DNA of 64,000 nucleotides from Mobula hypostoma (Eukaryota), in the NCBI RefSeq assembly GCF_963921235.1, contig NC_086097.1:9238001-9302000 (forward strand). The letters are read 5' to 3'. Below, piece by piece: positions 62,986 to 64,000 of the stretch. Each line of letters starts with the position of its first letter. Positions within the stretch are counted from its first letter, which is position 1. A program made the position numbers and the translations under genes. The notes beneath the pieces are model-generated. The model ran no database searches. It saw only the letters and a program-made list of their open reading frames with translations, and was not told the DNA's origin.

Positions 62986-64000
62986 TATTATATGGGACAC
63001 TTTTAAAGCATATATTCGGGGTCAAATTATTTCTTATACTGCAAACATCATTAAAAATGCTAACAAAGAGAGAAACAAATTAGCTAATCAGTTGAAACAA
63101 CTGGACCATAAATATCCTTCGATACCTGATCCTGAAACATATAACAGACGTAATGAAACCAAAACTAAATATGATCTTCTTTTAACGTGTCCTATTGAAA
63201 GCCGGCTTATAAAAGATAGAAGTCAATTTTATATTCACGGAGATAAAACTGGGAAGCTACTGGCTAATCATTTGAAGCCATCTATAGCTAAGCGGCAAAT
63301 TTAAAAATACGTAAAAGTAATGGGGACATGACAACTGACCACTTTGAAATTAATGACACAAATTGTATAGTCTGACTCTGTTAAGGATAATATTGCAATG
63401 AATAATTTTTTAGATCAATTAAATATTCCTAAACTTTCGATAGACGATCATAGGCAATCGGACCAACCCATTTCCCAGGAGGAAATTGCACAGGCTACTC
63501 GAGAATTGCATTCTGGGAAATCCCAGGACCCGATGGATTCTCTGGAGAGTTTTTTAAGGCTTTTTCCTCCTTGCTTATACCACATTTATGTTCTACCCTT
63601 ACAGATTCCTTTAATGTAGGAAGACTACCGCAGTCCTTTTACGAAGCTTCCATTTAGCTTAGTCACAAAAAGAATAAGAATCCTACTGAAAGTTCTTCAT
63701 ATAGACCTATCTCTTTACTCAATTTTGATACTAAAATTTTATCTAAAGTGTTGGCTGACAGACTTGAAAATATTATATCTTCTATAGTTTTGGATGATCA
63801 GACAGGATTTATTAAAAATCGATATTCCTGTTTTAATATAAGGCGTTTGTTAAACGTTATGCATTCTCCATCTAAGGAAATATTGGAATGTGTAATATCT
63901 TTGGATACAGAGAAGGCCTTTCACAGAGTTGAATGGAATTATCTATTTACATCCTTAAAAAAAAATTAATTTTGGACCTAGTTTTATTCATTGGATTAAA

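Larger units (their letters stand above)
57960..64000 (+). mobile_element. Decayed L1/Tx1-clade LINE running off the window end
   Basis: ORF1 coiled coil and RPRSVIL...LQFPARL (58081-58800); ORF2 LSLNVKGLN, IFLQETH, GGDFN, YTRIDY, SDHSP, WDTFKAYIRG, DQTGFI, SLDTEKAF. Confidence 0.92.

Overview
This is repeat-saturated vertebrate genomic DNA with no recognisable host protein-coding exon, so it is probably a gene desert or a large intron. The repeat families suggest a cartilaginous fish, probably a ray (inference). The window holds nested, mostly decayed transposable elements: CR1, L2, Rex1/Babar, L1/Tx1, RTE and HERO LINEs, about 20 Penelope-like (PLE) ends, tRNA-derived SINEs, a Gypsy provirus plus solo LTRs, and Tc1 elements. 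Most listed ORFs are TE fragments or chance frames. The long real frames are a 5'-truncated CR1 ORF2 (5933-8125) and an intact CR1 ORF1 esterase (61160-62101). The most interesting signal is at the RNA level: the retroelements carry several classes of self-cleaving ribozyme motif. (1) A hammerhead with a complete core but non-circularly permuted strand order lies in the 3' UTR of a HERO-clade element (8891-8954). (2) Minimal type I hammerheads sit in PLE ends, and one fold-back copy is centred on the cleavage site. (3) An HDV-like fold has its predicted cleavage site at the 5' end of a non-autonomous RTE (19101). (4) A decayed twister motif lies at 19890-19931. Also seen are an old local duplication (about 27.2-28.1 kb versus 53.8-54.6 kb), internally deleted non-autonomous LINE derivatives, and repeat-free islands rich in homeodomain, Pbx and Sox motifs (candidate enhancers). 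All calls were made by eye; boundaries without a stated TSD are approximate.
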